From positions 17,838 to 81,837 of the IMG/VR virus record IMGVR_UViG_3300020048_002392: DNA of 64,000 nucleotides. One strand, 5' to 3'. A program made the translations under genes and the position numbers. Positions 19,804 through 29,916 of the stretch are shown in pieces. How positions within the stretch are numbered: the first letter of the stretch is position 1; the number at the start of each line of letters is the position of its first letter. This DNA comes from a virus. The notes under the pieces are model-generated. The model was given only the letters and a program-made list of their open reading frames with translations. It was not told the DNA's origin and did no database searches.

Positions 19804-20926
19804 GTTATATCTATGCCATGAAAATACTATTGACACGAATAAAGATAGAGTAGTAATATCTCAAGAAAACGGATATTACATGCACGAAGTAATTCAGAAG
19901 ATATCAAATGGTACTCTTTTTAAGTGCGCAAATAGTATCGACGATTTAATAAAGGGCAAGGATATATCGGAATTCTTTTCCGAACTTATTGACTTTTGTG
20001 TACAAAGGGATCGCCCTCTTTGCATATACACGGATAAGAAAACATTTGCATTCATTCAACTTGCTTGGTTCAATTTGATATTCAAAGAACCATCCTTTGA
20101 AACGTGCGAGATACTATATAACTCAAATGTATTTAAATACGATATGTTTTATAAAGGAAGGTTTTCTTCAAACCACGGTTCAAAGATAAAAATAGATTTG
20201 GCTTTGAATACTGGAACTCTTAAAAGTATATATGATAAAGTTCCTCACGCAGCAAATGCAAAGAAAAGAAGTTTCTTTGCAAGATATTCTAAATACGTAA
20301 GTGTTGAATACTTATTAGCATCGTATGTACACAACGGTTCTATGAAAAAAGAATTAAAAGAGAATATAAGAAGACTCTTGAGAAAAGACATAGAAAAATA
20401 CATATACGAATTAAAAGAAATATTCGTAATACATTTTACAACTCGGACCTTTAAAGAAAGACTAGGTTTAGAAAAAGAATACGATATTCAAAACATGCAG
20501 GACATAGTGAATGACAAATCTAAATTTGCAGAACTCTTTATGTCCAATAGACTATTCTTTGTATCAGGGATGGATCTACCATCGAGTAAGATGAATAAAA
20601 ATTTTAGATTTGAACAAATAACTGATGAAGACGTAAATAACTTTAAAGAATTCACTGTTTTATCCGGCACAACTTGGGGAGAAGAAGCAGTCTATCAGTT
20701 TATCAAATCAGATATAAACAAATTGGACTTTATTGATATTATAAATGACGAGTTTACTGATAAGAGATTGGAAGATCTATTAAATGCAGAGTCTACGTAT
20801 GAACATGCTGCCGGTTCATTCTTTTCAATAGATTTGGAAACTGTAAATAACTATCTTGTAGAATACATATTAGACTCAAGATTTAAAAACGATAGAGAAA
20901 ATCTTAGAAGCATGACTCTATGCTAA
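19784..20926 (+). CDS. Hypothetical protein (radical SAM island)
   Basis: 380-aa ORF, GTG start after GGAG, overlapping its neighbours. Confidence 0.7.
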   Translation: MFHLAHKLYLCHENTIDTNKDRVVISQENGYYMHEVIQKISNGTLFKCANSIDDLIKGKDISEFFSELIDFCVQRDRPLCIYTDKKTFAFIQLAWFNLIFKEPSFETCEILYNSNVFKYDMFYKGRFSSNHGSKIKIDLALNTGTLKSIYDKVPHAANAKKRSFFARYSKYVSVEYLLASYVHNGSMKKELKENIRRLLRKDIEKYIYELKEIFVIHFTTRTFKERLGLEKEYDIQNMQDIVNDKSKFAELFMSNRLFFVSGMDLPSSKMNKNFRFEQITDEDVNNFKEFTVLSGTTWGEEAVYQFIKSDINKLDFIDIINDEFTDKRLEDLLNAESTYEHAAGSFFSIDLETVNNYLVEYILDSRFKNDRENLRSMTLC

Positions 20927-21933
20927 ATGATGATATCTATAAGGCAATATCTAATAAAATAATTCTTCATAGTGAGATAGTAGTATGCTTATTCGAGCAT
21001 TGCAATATGGAATGCATATTCTGTCCGCAGAAACACGATAATATAGTAGGAGCTTCAAGAGAAGAGATACTTTCTAAAGTAGATTCTATAGTAAACTATA
21101 TCAACAATAATAAACGCTCAACTCATTTTAAAATACATGCAATGGGTGGAGAACTGTTTCAAGATCAATGGATTGAAAAAGGTTTCTTAGAAATATATTC
21201 AGATTTCATAAAAGAAATACAAAGCCGAGTAGATAAAGAAATAGAATTTAACTTTATTACGAATTTGGTATTTGATAACACTGATTTAGTAATGCAGTTT
21301 ATAGAGTCGAATAATCTTTTAATCTCTGTATCATATGACGCTAAGGGTAGATTTAGTTTATCGCAATTTGAAATATTTAAAAGAAACATAGAAATATTTA
21401 AAGACAAGATACGAATGATATCTTGCGTTGGCACAAAACAGAATATGAGAGCAATCATAAACGGTAACGAATACTTTAGTTACTTATATGACATGTTTCC
21501 GTGTGATTGGGATTCATTCCTTCCGTCCGTGCCGGTTTCTGAAAAGCTTATGCCAGCTGAAACTGAACTATTAGAGTTCTATAAATTTTTAGTTGACAAC
21601 TACCCAAGATGTATAAACATATCATACTTTACCGAAGACTCTGTTTCTAATAAAATGTCTTGCACCAGAGGAAACAGTCACACGGTCATGCCGGATGGGT
21701 CTACTCCAAAAGGTTGTTCCGGATCAGTACTACTTACAAGCCCAACATCAAACGATCTTTTTTCTGGCGCTATAGTAGAGAAATTCATAAATACATATGA
21801 TTGCTTCCAATGTGAATTCTATAAGAAGTGTCCTTTTACTTGCTTTATTAAAAATGATTACTCTAAGATAAAGCGTGATCTAGGTGAATGCGTTTTTAAG
21901 GAGACGTTTAAATATGTTAAGGAAAAAAATTAA
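20920..21933 (+). CDS. Radical SAM enzyme #2
   Basis: CNMECIFC, MGGEL and C-terminal C...C...CFQCEFYKKCPFTC auxiliary-cluster motif. Confidence 0.88.
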   Translation: MLNDDIYKAISNKIILHSEIVVCLFEHCNMECIFCPQKHDNIVGASREEILSKVDSIVNYINNNKRSTHFKIHAMGGELFQDQWIEKGFLEIYSDFIKEIQSRVDKEIEFNFITNLVFDNTDLVMQFIESNNLLISVSYDAKGRFSLSQFEIFKRNIEIFKDKIRMISCVGTKQNMRAIINGNEYFSYLYDMFPCDWDSFLPSVPVSEKLMPAETELLEFYKFLVDNYPRCINISYFTEDSVSNKMSCTRGNSHTVMPDGSTPKGCSGSVLLTSPTSNDLFSGAIVEKFINTYDCFQCEFYKKCPFTCFIKNDYSKIKRDLGECVFKETFKYVKEKN

Positions 21934-23605
21934 GTTTGCATTTATAAATCCACCACACGCGGATTGGTCATTGGCAAACAACATGACGTATCTAATATGT
22001 CAGAGTTATTATAATCATTTTGGTAAATATAAAGACGACGTTGAATGGATTCCAGCGCCGTATAAGTTTGACTTATATAAAGACATAGAAGAGATAGTAG
22101 ATCTTCTTACTCCAGCGGATGTTATTATGTTTAGTTCTTATGCATGGAACTATACTATATGTGACGACGTGGCAAAAATAATCAAAGAAAAATACCCAGA
22201 AAAGATATTACTATTAGGTGGTCCTCACATTGGAACAAACGAGCCCGATCTTTTAAGCAAAAGAACATTCTATGATTATGTATGTCAACCTACTAAACCA
22301 GGTGAGACATTTATTCAGGACGTAATAGACTGCATTATTGAAGACAGGTTATCTTCTGAAAATATATCTTGGGAACTAAATAGCAAACGTGGAATAAGTG
22401 CAGCATTTGATGTAGATTATTCAGTATACGAGGAACACCTAGATTACCTTACTGAAATGGTAAGTTATGCAAAAAAATATAAATTAGAACCATTCGTTGT
22501 AATAGAAACAACACGAGGATGCCCATATAAGTGTGTGTATTGTGAATGGGGTGGTGGAATTGGTACAAAAATAATAAAGAAAGATATAGAATTAGTTAAA
22601 AGAGATATCTTAGCGCTAAAGAAAGCTGGTTTCAGAGACGCGTATTTAACAGATGCAAACTTCGGCGCATTCGAAGAAAGAGATGTATCTATCTTCAAGT
22701 TTGCATGGGATCACAAGTTTAATCTAACAGATATTAGTACAATGAAATCTAAAGATCTAAATAGAAGAAAGAGATTAATCGATTCTATATCAAATATAGT
22801 TGGAAAAGGGCCAGAAAAACATTCAGTTTCTGAAGGTGGAACTGATATGTGGGGAAATACAGAATACATATCTGTAATACCAGCAGTAAGCATTCAAAGT
22901 GTTAGCGAAGTTGCCATGAAAATTGCCGATCGTGTAGACCTAAGCTTAAAGGATAAGTTAGAACTTTCAAAATATGTAAATCATATGTGTAGTAAAGAAG
23001 ATTATCCAATACCAGCAGTAGAATTAATTCTTGGTATGCCAGGTTCAACGCTTGATGATTTTTATACTGAAGCGAATATCCTATGGGACTTTAAAGCATG
23101 GTCAAGCTTTAGACACGACTATATGTTTCTACCAGATTCCAGATTAAACTCGAAAGAATATAAAGAAAAATACCAAATAGAAACGGTAGAAGTTTATTCT
23201 GATATCGTGGATGAAGATGGCACTGATAACTGGCACAACTTATATAAAAACAAAAGGACATACTTTAAAACTATAAGATCGTGCTTTTCTTTTACGTCGG
23301 AAGATATGTATGAAATGTGGTTTATGAACAATGCTACAAATTACTTATTAAAAAACATTTATCCAATGTTGGAAAATTATGCGTCACCTAAAGAATTTGC
23401 CAAAGAAGCTTACAACGTAATAAATACTATAGAAGGATTTGACGATATCTATCAAGAAATCGTAGACATATTGAATCCTAATACACCTCCAAAATCCATA
23501 AGAAAATTAGGTGACAATTTTAGAGCAAAGACTATAGAAGATTTTCTTGTTAAAAACAATATAATCCTAAAATCTGAAATAACGAAAAGGTTGTTAATAA
23601 AATAA
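21914..23605 (+). CDS. Cobalamin-dependent (class B) radical SAM enzyme #3
   Basis: N-terminal B12-binding-like region (FSSYAWN...GGPH), then IETTRGCPYKCVYCEWG, DANFG and ELILGMPG. Confidence 0.85.
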   Translation: MLRKKIKFAFINPPHADWSLANNMTYLICQSYYNHFGKYKDDVEWIPAPYKFDLYKDIEEIVDLLTPADVIMFSSYAWNYTICDDVAKIIKEKYPEKILLLGGPHIGTNEPDLLSKRTFYDYVCQPTKPGETFIQDVIDCIIEDRLSSENISWELNSKRGISAAFDVDYSVYEEHLDYLTEMVSYAKKYKLEPFVVIETTRGCPYKCVYCEWGGGIGTKIIKKDIELVKRDILALKKAGFRDAYLTDANFGAFEERDVSIFKFAWDHKFNLTDISTMKSKDLNRRKRLIDSISNIVGKGPEKHSVSEGGTDMWGNTEYISVIPAVSIQSVSEVAMKIADRVDLSLKDKLELSKYVNHMCSKEDYPIPAVELILGMPGSTLDDFYTEANILWDFKAWSSFRHDYMFLPDSRLNSKEYKEKYQIETVEVYSDIVDEDGTDNWHNLYKNKRTYFKTIRSCFSFTSEDMYEMWFMNNATNYLLKNIYPMLENYASPKEFAKEAYNVINTIEGFDDIYQEIVDILNPNTPPKSIRKLGDNFRAKTIEDFLVKNNIILKSEITKRLLIK

Positions 23606-24126
23606 TGATAAAAGATATTTACACAAAGGGATTTGTAAAACTAAGTGAACCGTCCGCTCTAGACCTTATAAGGATTGACGAGTTCAGACTACTTAACGTA
23701 GAAGAAAGAGCAAGAGATAACGGTGTAAAAGACGTTAGTCCAGAATTATCAAAGAGAATGGATGTATTTGCGCAATACTTAAAAACAAAATACATACTAC
23801 CAGAATGGCCCGATGCAAAATATAATAAGTTTTTAGTTTGGGACGGAGTTGATGCTGACAACCAAGGTTGGCATACTGATATGTTTGAAAACTACGATGT
23901 CTTCTTTCTTTACTATTTCGATACTCAATACGAAGAAACAGGCGGATCTATAAATTTCAAGTGGGGATCTTTAGAAGATAAGGAAGAAACGGCTCAGTTC
24001 TACCCTCAAGCAGGAGACCTATTCATGGTAAACAATTGCAGAGGATTTTGGCATAGGGCAGAGTCAACAAAGATTACACGAAGACTAGCAAGCTTTGATT
24101 TTAGTGTAGGTTTAGAAGATGACTAA
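23605..24126 (+). CDS. Fe(II)/2OG oxygenase
   Basis: WHTD...GG.I.F...P.AGDL..VN....WH.A....RR (HxD...H...R). Confidence 0.8.
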   Translation: MIKDIYTKGFVKLSEPSALDLIRIDEFRLLNVEERARDNGVKDVSPELSKRMDVFAQYLKTKYILPEWPDAKYNKFLVWDGVDADNQGWHTDMFENYDVFFLYYFDTQYEETGGSINFKWGSLEDKEETAQFYPQAGDLFMVNNCRGFWHRAESTKITRRLASFDFSVGLEDD

Positions 24127-24418
24127 TGAAATAGAAGAGTTGCTTGCCAAGAAACAAATCATCGGAGATGAAAGGGATCTATGCGCAGAGTTATATAACG
24201 TATGGATTACCAAATTGCATGATTTTCAAAAAGACCCGGTAAAGTATAAAATGTATATGGATATGATACAAATGATGGAACCGTATGGCGCGCAATTAAA
24301 GGAAGAGATACGCGAAATAAACAGAAGACTCTGCGAAATAGAAGGTGTCGATTCAATCGGTGAAACGGATTATGTTAGAGAATGCAACAACAAGTACGGC
24401 AAGGCCAAACCAAATTGA
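24119..24418 (+). CDS. Hypothetical helical protein
   Basis: 99-aa ORF overlapping both neighbouring oxygenases. Confidence 0.6.
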   Translation: MTNEIEELLAKKQIIGDERDLCAELYNVWITKLHDFQKDPVKYKMYMDMIQMMEPYGAQLKEEIREINRRLCEIEGVDSIGETDYVRECNNKYGKAKPN

Positions 24419-24915
24419 TAATTGAAGACTTTTTCACTAAAGGATTTGTTCACTCTAAATTTGACATAGACGTCGTAGATATGTTTAAGAATGATCACTT
24501 TATTGACTGTAATTCTAAAGAAGCAGATGATCAGACAATCGGTGAAGAGGCACAACTAAAACTAAATGAAATACATTTGTACATTGGAAAGAGTATCGTA
24601 AAGAAAGTATTTAGTAACTTTACTTATCATAGAAATGGAATGTGGTGTGGGGTTGATACTGGATCTGCAGAATGGCATAATGATTTTATTGATGGCGACC
24701 CTTTTACAAGCAACCTTTTAATATATCTAGAAGATGGTGAACCTTATGGTAATTCTATAGAAGTAAAGAACCAATTTGAAGAGTATAAAGTTATGCCAAA
24801 ACCAAATGAATATGTTTGGCTAAATCAAAACAAAAAATTTATGCATAGAGCGACTCATAAAAGCGGCCCAAGAAGATTACTATCATTTGAATTTTATATA
24901 CCAGCATTGGTTTAA
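24382..24915 (+). CDS. Fe(II)/2OG oxygenase (paralogue of 23605..24126)
   Basis: I.DF.TKGFV N-terminus shared with the paralogue, and GVD.....WHND...HRA.....RR. The start codon is uncertain. Confidence 0.75.
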   Translation: MQQQVRQGQTKLIIEDFFTKGFVHSKFDIDVVDMFKNDHFIDCNSKEADDQTIGEEAQLKLNEIHLYIGKSIVKKVFSNFTYHRNGMWCGVDTGSAEWHNDFIDGDPFTSNLLIYLEDGEPYGNSIEVKNQFEEYKVMPKPNEYVWLNQNKKFMHRATHKSGPRRLLSFEFYIPALV

Positions 24916-24917
24916 TC

Positions 24918-25955
24918 ATGGATCTAATTATCAAACCCACTGAAGTTTGTAACTTCAAATGTACATTCTGCTCTTCTACAAAGATATCAGAGGAACACAC
25001 CTCGCAGTTAGATCTGGAGAAAGTCTTTAGATTCCTTAAGAGATATCCTGAGACAAAGACAATCATTGTAAACGGCGGTGATCCTCTTATGATGAGTCCT
25101 GCGTACTATTGGCGAATGATTAAACACTTAGAAGAAAACAATTACCCTGCGACTATCTCTCTTACTACAAACCTTTGGCCTTTCTATAAGAACGTCTCTA
25201 AGTGGAAGACTTTATTTCTACACCCGAGGATTGGAATCTCAACATCATTCCAATATGGAAACGGTAGACTGAAAGGAGACTACTCAGTATTTACAGAGGA
25301 AGACTTCTGGGCAGCATCTGATACAATGTTAAAAGAGATCGGCTATAGGCCAACGTTCATAGCAGTCATTACAGAAGAGAATGAAGACACTGCGTTGAAA
25401 ACTGTTGAACTTGCAAAAAAGATGGACGTAGTATGTAAAGTAAACTATGCTATGGCTTCAGGTGACCAAGGAGTACCTTATCGTTTATCAAAGATATATG
25501 AGAAGTACATTGAGATCTGGAAGGCAGGTCTTGCTCCGTGGGAACACAACACACAGCAGATGATGAAGAGACTCCGCGGTGAACAAACTATCTGCCCTCA
25601 AACTAGAACCTGCGACTCGAGTATTCGAACGATACAGCCAGAAGGAGACTATTATTCCTGCGGTGCGTTCGGCGACGATCGTGATAAAGCTATTGATTTT
25701 GAATACGAAATGAATGGCGGATTTTCAACTCCTCTTGCTGATGACTTTAACTTACTATCGTTAAAGCAAGTTTGTTTCTCGTGTCCGATGTTTGAAATAT
25801 GTAACGGCTGTAGAAAGACTGTTAAGGATCTGAAAGAACATAGAATGGTAGAAGATCATTGTAAGCATATGAAGCAACTTGCGCCAGATATTATAGAATC
25901 AAACGGATTGAATTTAGAGGTAACACCATATGTCTACGAAGGGCTACACGGTTAG
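24918..25955 (+). CDS. Radical SAM/SPASM enzyme #4
   Basis: IKPTEVCNFKCTFC, NGGDP and CP....C......EGDYYSC...CFSCPMFEICNGC...C. Confidence 0.92.
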   Translation: MDLIIKPTEVCNFKCTFCSSTKISEEHTSQLDLEKVFRFLKRYPETKTIIVNGGDPLMMSPAYYWRMIKHLEENNYPATISLTTNLWPFYKNVSKWKTLFLHPRIGISTSFQYGNGRLKGDYSVFTEEDFWAASDTMLKEIGYRPTFIAVITEENEDTALKTVELAKKMDVVCKVNYAMASGDQGVPYRLSKIYEKYIEIWKAGLAPWEHNTQQMMKRLRGEQTICPQTRTCDSSIRTIQPEGDYYSCGAFGDDRDKAIDFEYEMNGGFSTPLADDFNLLSLKQVCFSCPMFEICNGCRKTVKDLKEHRMVEDHCKHMKQLAPDIIESNGLNLEVTPYVYEGLHG

Positions 25956-26877
25956 TATTAACCCATCTTATTTTTGTAACTTTAGCTGTGATTTTTGTTA
26001 TCTTACTAAATCTCAATTAGCTGATACAAAAAAGATTTCTTTAGAAAGACTAGATGAACTTCTTTCACAGGTTCCAAAGATAGAGTATGTTGATCTTTAC
26101 GGTGGAGAGATCGGCGCGTTAAAGAAATCATACTTCTATGATATGAAAGACGTGATAAGAAAACATTATCAGGATGACATAAATATAATTACAAACTATT
26201 CAATGATACACGAAGGTTTCTATGATGATGACGTTATACTTGGAGTGTCGTATGATTTTGAAGCAAGGGAAAAACACGAAATTGTTTTTAAGAATATGAT
26301 GATTTCACCAGTACCAATTTCAGTTTTAATACTTGCTTCAAAAGAAGTAATTCAAAAAGATGTAGAAGAAATGATTTCTCTTCTTAATATATGTTCTGCA
26401 ATAACTTCAGTAGAAATAAAACCTTATTCGATTAATCAAGCAAACGCTGATAGAGTTACACATAGAGATTTTGAAGTGTTCGTTCAGAAATGGTTAGATG
26501 CAAAGACTGAGAAACTATTTCAATTTATAAATGAAGATAAGATAAAAGAATCTCTATCAAAAGAATACAACGCGTTCTCTGATAATCATATATACATAAC
26601 GCCGAACGGCAAGTTTGCTGTTTTAGAGTTTGATAAGGATGATAAGGAATATTTTTTAGAACTTAATAGTTGGGGTGAATATATAGAATGGACGAAAAAG
26701 GAAAAAGAAAACATAAGTCCTTTCTGTAAGGAGTGTATATATTTTGGAAACTGTTTAACAGAACATTATAGATACGTGGATAATTTAGAAAACAGTTGCA
26801 ATGGATATAAAGGGTTATTGGATTTTTATAATGAAAGAATGGAAAATAAGACAAGAGATATATCACAGACTACATAA
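25930..26877 (+). CDS. Radical SAM enzyme #5
   Basis: NPSYFCNFSCDFC, YGGE and C-terminal CKECIYFGNC.TEH......C. Confidence 0.88.
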   Translation: MSTKGYTVSINPSYFCNFSCDFCYLTKSQLADTKKISLERLDELLSQVPKIEYVDLYGGEIGALKKSYFYDMKDVIRKHYQDDINIITNYSMIHEGFYDDDVILGVSYDFEAREKHEIVFKNMMISPVPISVLILASKEVIQKDVEEMISLLNICSAITSVEIKPYSINQANADRVTHRDFEVFVQKWLDAKTEKLFQFINEDKIKESLSKEYNAFSDNHIYITPNGKFAVLEFDKDDKEYFLELNSWGEYIEWTKKEKENISPFCKECIYFGNCLTEHYRYVDNLENSCNGYKGLLDFYNERMENKTRDISQTT

Positions 26878-27235
26878 AGAGTATGATGACGATTTGAATA
26901 AAGTCAACATAGTTATATCTGAAGACGTGATTAAAGATGCAATAAGACATTTTAATGAATATGTAGAGGATTGGATATATCCTTCGAAAAGCTATTTCGT
27001 TGCTATATGTTATGCGTATTGGTTATCAGAAGAGTTTAATGAAAACTTTTATGATCTTTTAAACGACCCAGATCTATTAGCAGGAAATGACCCTTATTAC
27101 ACTACATACAACAAAGATAAGAATACATATGATTCAATATTAAGTGGTATAAAACTTCCGATTGAATATAAAGGTATGGTGAACGAAGTAAGAAAATATT
27201 ATGACGAGGAATTTAATGACCCAGCAAAATTCTGA
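26831..27235 (+). CDS. Hypothetical acidic/aromatic protein
   Basis: ORF within the island, probable start ATG 26831. Confidence 0.6.
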   Translation: MKEWKIRQEIYHRLHKEYDDDLNKVNIVISEDVIKDAIRHFNEYVEDWIYPSKSYFVAICYAYWLSEEFNENFYDLLNDPDLLAGNDPYYTTYNKDKNTYDSILSGIKLPIEYKGMVNEVRKYYDEEFNDPAKF

Positions 27236-27725
27236 TTACCTTAATCTATGGCCTACCACAGTATATAAGTCTACATTTGAAGTAAATGAAGATATGATAA
27301 TATCTGCAATGCAAAAGGAAATTCATCAATCTATATATGATCTATCTTTAAAATATTTTGATGATTACTTAAAAGAAGTTATAGGTATTTCTTTGTATGA
27401 TTATAAAGGATATAGACTAGATTCTTGGATAAATAGATATGAAAATACGGATATGGAATATCACACTCATAATGGCTCTCAGCTAAGTGCAGTTTTCTAT
27501 CTAGTAGTTGAAGGTGACGGTGGAGAAATAACTTTTTACGACCCTAGGTTTTTTGCAGCGAGGGGATACGATATGAACTTTAGAAAGCTGCATAGTAACT
27601 TTGTATTAAAACCTAGTAGTGGTGACTTTGTGATATTTCCAAGCTTCTTATATCATTCGGTAAAAATATCAAAAGGGTTTAAGATATCAATACCGGTGGA
27701 TTTGTTTTTGTTTAATGATAACTAA
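27216..27725 (+). CDS. Putative Fe(II)/2OG oxygenase (TIGR02466-like)
   Basis: SWIN....HTH....LSAVFYL...I.F.DPR...P..GD..IFPSFL.H.V. GAGGA RBS before ATG 27216. Confidence 0.8.
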   Translation: MTQQNSDYLNLWPTTVYKSTFEVNEDMIISAMQKEIHQSIYDLSLKYFDDYLKEVIGISLYDYKGYRLDSWINRYENTDMEYHTHNGSQLSAVFYLVVEGDGGEITFYDPRFFAARGYDMNFRKLHSNFVLKPSSGDFVIFPSFLYHSVKISKGFKISIPVDLFLFNDN

Positions 27726-27726
27726 A

Positions 27727-27734
27727 TATAAATA
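27727..27734 (+). promoter_or_regulatory. T4-type late promoter TATAAATA
   Basis: Exact match in the intergenic gap before ORF 27769. Confidence 0.75.
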
Positions 27735-27768
27735 GATCAACTCGTATAGCAAAAGGCTGCATATTTAA

Positions 27769-29916
27769 ATGTCAAAGATTTCCCAGCTAGGTTCGATTTT
27801 AGCAGACGAAACTTCCACGAACGACCTGTTTGTAATGGTTAACCTCGCGCAGGGCGATAATGGTACAAAGAATATTTCTCGTAAAGAGATGGTTAAGGCC
27901 TTACAATTAGAGCCTTTCGAAAACATAAACGTCACTGGCGGTACTATTTCAAATGCGAATGTAACTGCGACATCTGTTAATGCAACAAACATAACAGGTT
28001 CAACAATTTCAAGCAGCACAATATCAGGTTCAACATTTACATCTGGTACGATAACTGGAAGCTCTCTCACTAACTTTACTATAACCGGACTTCCAGATTA
28101 CACCGAGCCTCTTAATGATGGCGACGAGTTTATAGTAAAAGAAGCAGCAACTGGACAGACTGTTAAAATTAGTTTCGCAGATCTTAACTTTGAAATTGCA
28201 GAGCAGCTAAAGAAAATAAACAAAGTGTACGTTTCTGCCGATGCTGAGGCAGGCGGTAACGGCAGCTACATGAAACCGTATCAGACGCTCGAAGAAGCGT
28301 TTGCGTTCATGAACTCAATTGATTACCCGATATCAATTTCAGTAATGCCTGGAAATTATTATACGGAAGGAAACCTTTCGCTTCCTGACAAATGTTCAGT
28401 TGTTTCTACAAACGGGCAGTATGCAACTAACATACATCTTTACGATCCAAGTAATGGACCTGGAGAAGATTGGCACTTATACGACCCAATTGAAGAAAAT
28501 TGTTTCTTGGTTGGATCTGGCTGCTACGTCCAAGGTTTTGGATTTAGGAATATGAGAGTTGATAGCTTCGACGATCCAACTAAGGGTTTCGCAGTCGCTT
28601 TCAGACCTGGTGCAGCTATTCTAAGATCGCCGTACATTAAAGACTGTAGCCAAGTAAGTAACTATACATCAAGAAGCATCGCGGCACCACTCGATCCTGT
28701 AAATTCAAACCCCCTCGTAGGAAGGGGCGGTGGCGTACTGTTGGCAGATAGATCGGTGCTGGATCCAGATACGATTTTCCCATATATGTTATCCTTTGGT
28801 GCTACACCTCGTTCACCAAACGGCATGGGTTATGTTGCTAAGAACGGTGCCGGTATAAACGGTATCGGTTCTATCACAATATTCCAAAGATGCGCGTTCT
28901 ATGCATTAAACGGCGGTCAAGTTACTCTTAACAACTCTGGTACTCAGTTCGGCGACATATCAATGAGAGCAAAGGGTTTTACATATGTTGTTGACCCATA
29001 TGAATTAGTTGGCGTAGATCGTGACATATTAATAACTGCAAACACTCTTGCAGAATCTATAGATACAAACCGTCAAGATATCATAAACGATATGTGGGGG
29101 CAGGTTTATGATACATACATATTAGATTTAGGTATCAGTGTTGATGAAACACTTACACGTAGAGATGCAAATAACTTTATACAATCCATATATTATGATA
29201 TTCTTTCTGGCGGTCAAACTAGTTCAAGAAACTTTGCAGCAGGATTCTTTGATTATAAAGGTGATCATGTATTTAGTGTTTTCAATCCGTCGGATCCTGA
29301 TGCAATTTATGTTGGTAGCGCAAATAACGTAGTAAATCTACCAGCGGCAAGTTCAGTTGCGCCTAATTCAGCATACGTAGTATATAACCCTGGGTCACTA
29401 CCAATAAATATATATGATGGCGATGTATATATATCAAACGGATCATCATGGACTAATATAGGTGCTAACGATGTAGCATTACTCGAAGCATTTACATTTT
29501 CTTTCAATAGAATGAAAACTTATATGCTAACATACACATCAGACGCTGCCGAGCAAGCGATGATAAACACGCTGGTAGATTTAATAATAAGAACTCTACT
29601 TAATCCACAGAAACTTCTATTTGGAAGTTTGATTGAAAGCCTTGCACACCAGTTTAACTTGGCCGGAGCCGGAGTTAACAAGAATGCGCTTCCTCTCAAC
29701 TTTAGAAGAGTAGGTAAACCACTACCAGCTAGCGGATCCGTTCTTAAAGAAGATAACGGTAGAGTAAGATGGTCTGGAGCGGACGAATTAAATAACCAGT
29801 ACTTTGCTGGTGGACTAAAAATTAACGGAAGAACTGGCCGCCTTGAAGGTCGCCCATTCACCTCATCAGTTAGAAGATTGGCTAGAAGAGCAGCAAACAG
29901 TAGGGTATCAACATGA
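27769..29916 (+). CDS. Large virion/fibre-anchoring protein, module A (paralogue of 53876..56434)
   Basis: MSKISQL N-terminus and ITGGTI/SSTI repeats. Shares FRPGA, NPLVG.GGGV.LAD, GATP..NG.GYVAKNG, LTRRD and GG..IN..TG.L.G.PF blocks with 53876..56434. Confidence 0.7.
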   Translation: MSKISQLGSILADETSTNDLFVMVNLAQGDNGTKNISRKEMVKALQLEPFENINVTGGTISNANVTATSVNATNITGSTISSSTISGSTFTSGTITGSSLTNFTITGLPDYTEPLNDGDEFIVKEAATGQTVKISFADLNFEIAEQLKKINKVYVSADAEAGGNGSYMKPYQTLEEAFAFMNSIDYPISISVMPGNYYTEGNLSLPDKCSVVSTNGQYATNIHLYDPSNGPGEDWHLYDPIEENCFLVGSGCYVQGFGFRNMRVDSFDDPTKGFAVAFRPGAAILRSPYIKDCSQVSNYTSRSIAAPLDPVNSNPLVGRGGGVLLADRSVLDPDTIFPYMLSFGATPRSPNGMGYVAKNGAGINGIGSITIFQRCAFYALNGGQVTLNNSGTQFGDISMRAKGFTYVVDPYELVGVDRDILITANTLAESIDTNRQDIINDMWGQVYDTYILDLGISVDETLTRRDANNFIQSIYYDILSGGQTSSRNFAAGFFDYKGDHVFSVFNPSDPDAIYVGSANNVVNLPAASSVAPNSAYVVYNPGSLPINIYDGDVYISNGSSWTNIGANDVALLEAFTFSFNRMKTYMLTYTSDAAEQAMINTLVDLIIRTLLNPQKLLFGSLIESLAHQFNLAGAGVNKNALPLNFRRVGKPLPASGSVLKEDNGRVRWSGADELNNQYFAGGLKINGRTGRLEGRPFTSSVRRLARRAANSRVST

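Noticed and set aside
17447-27725. Queuosine/7-deazaguanine or other DNA-modification pathway
   Set aside because: No folE, queC, queD or dpdA-like genes. The rSAMs carry SPASM or B12 domains rather than QueE features, and the context is structural.
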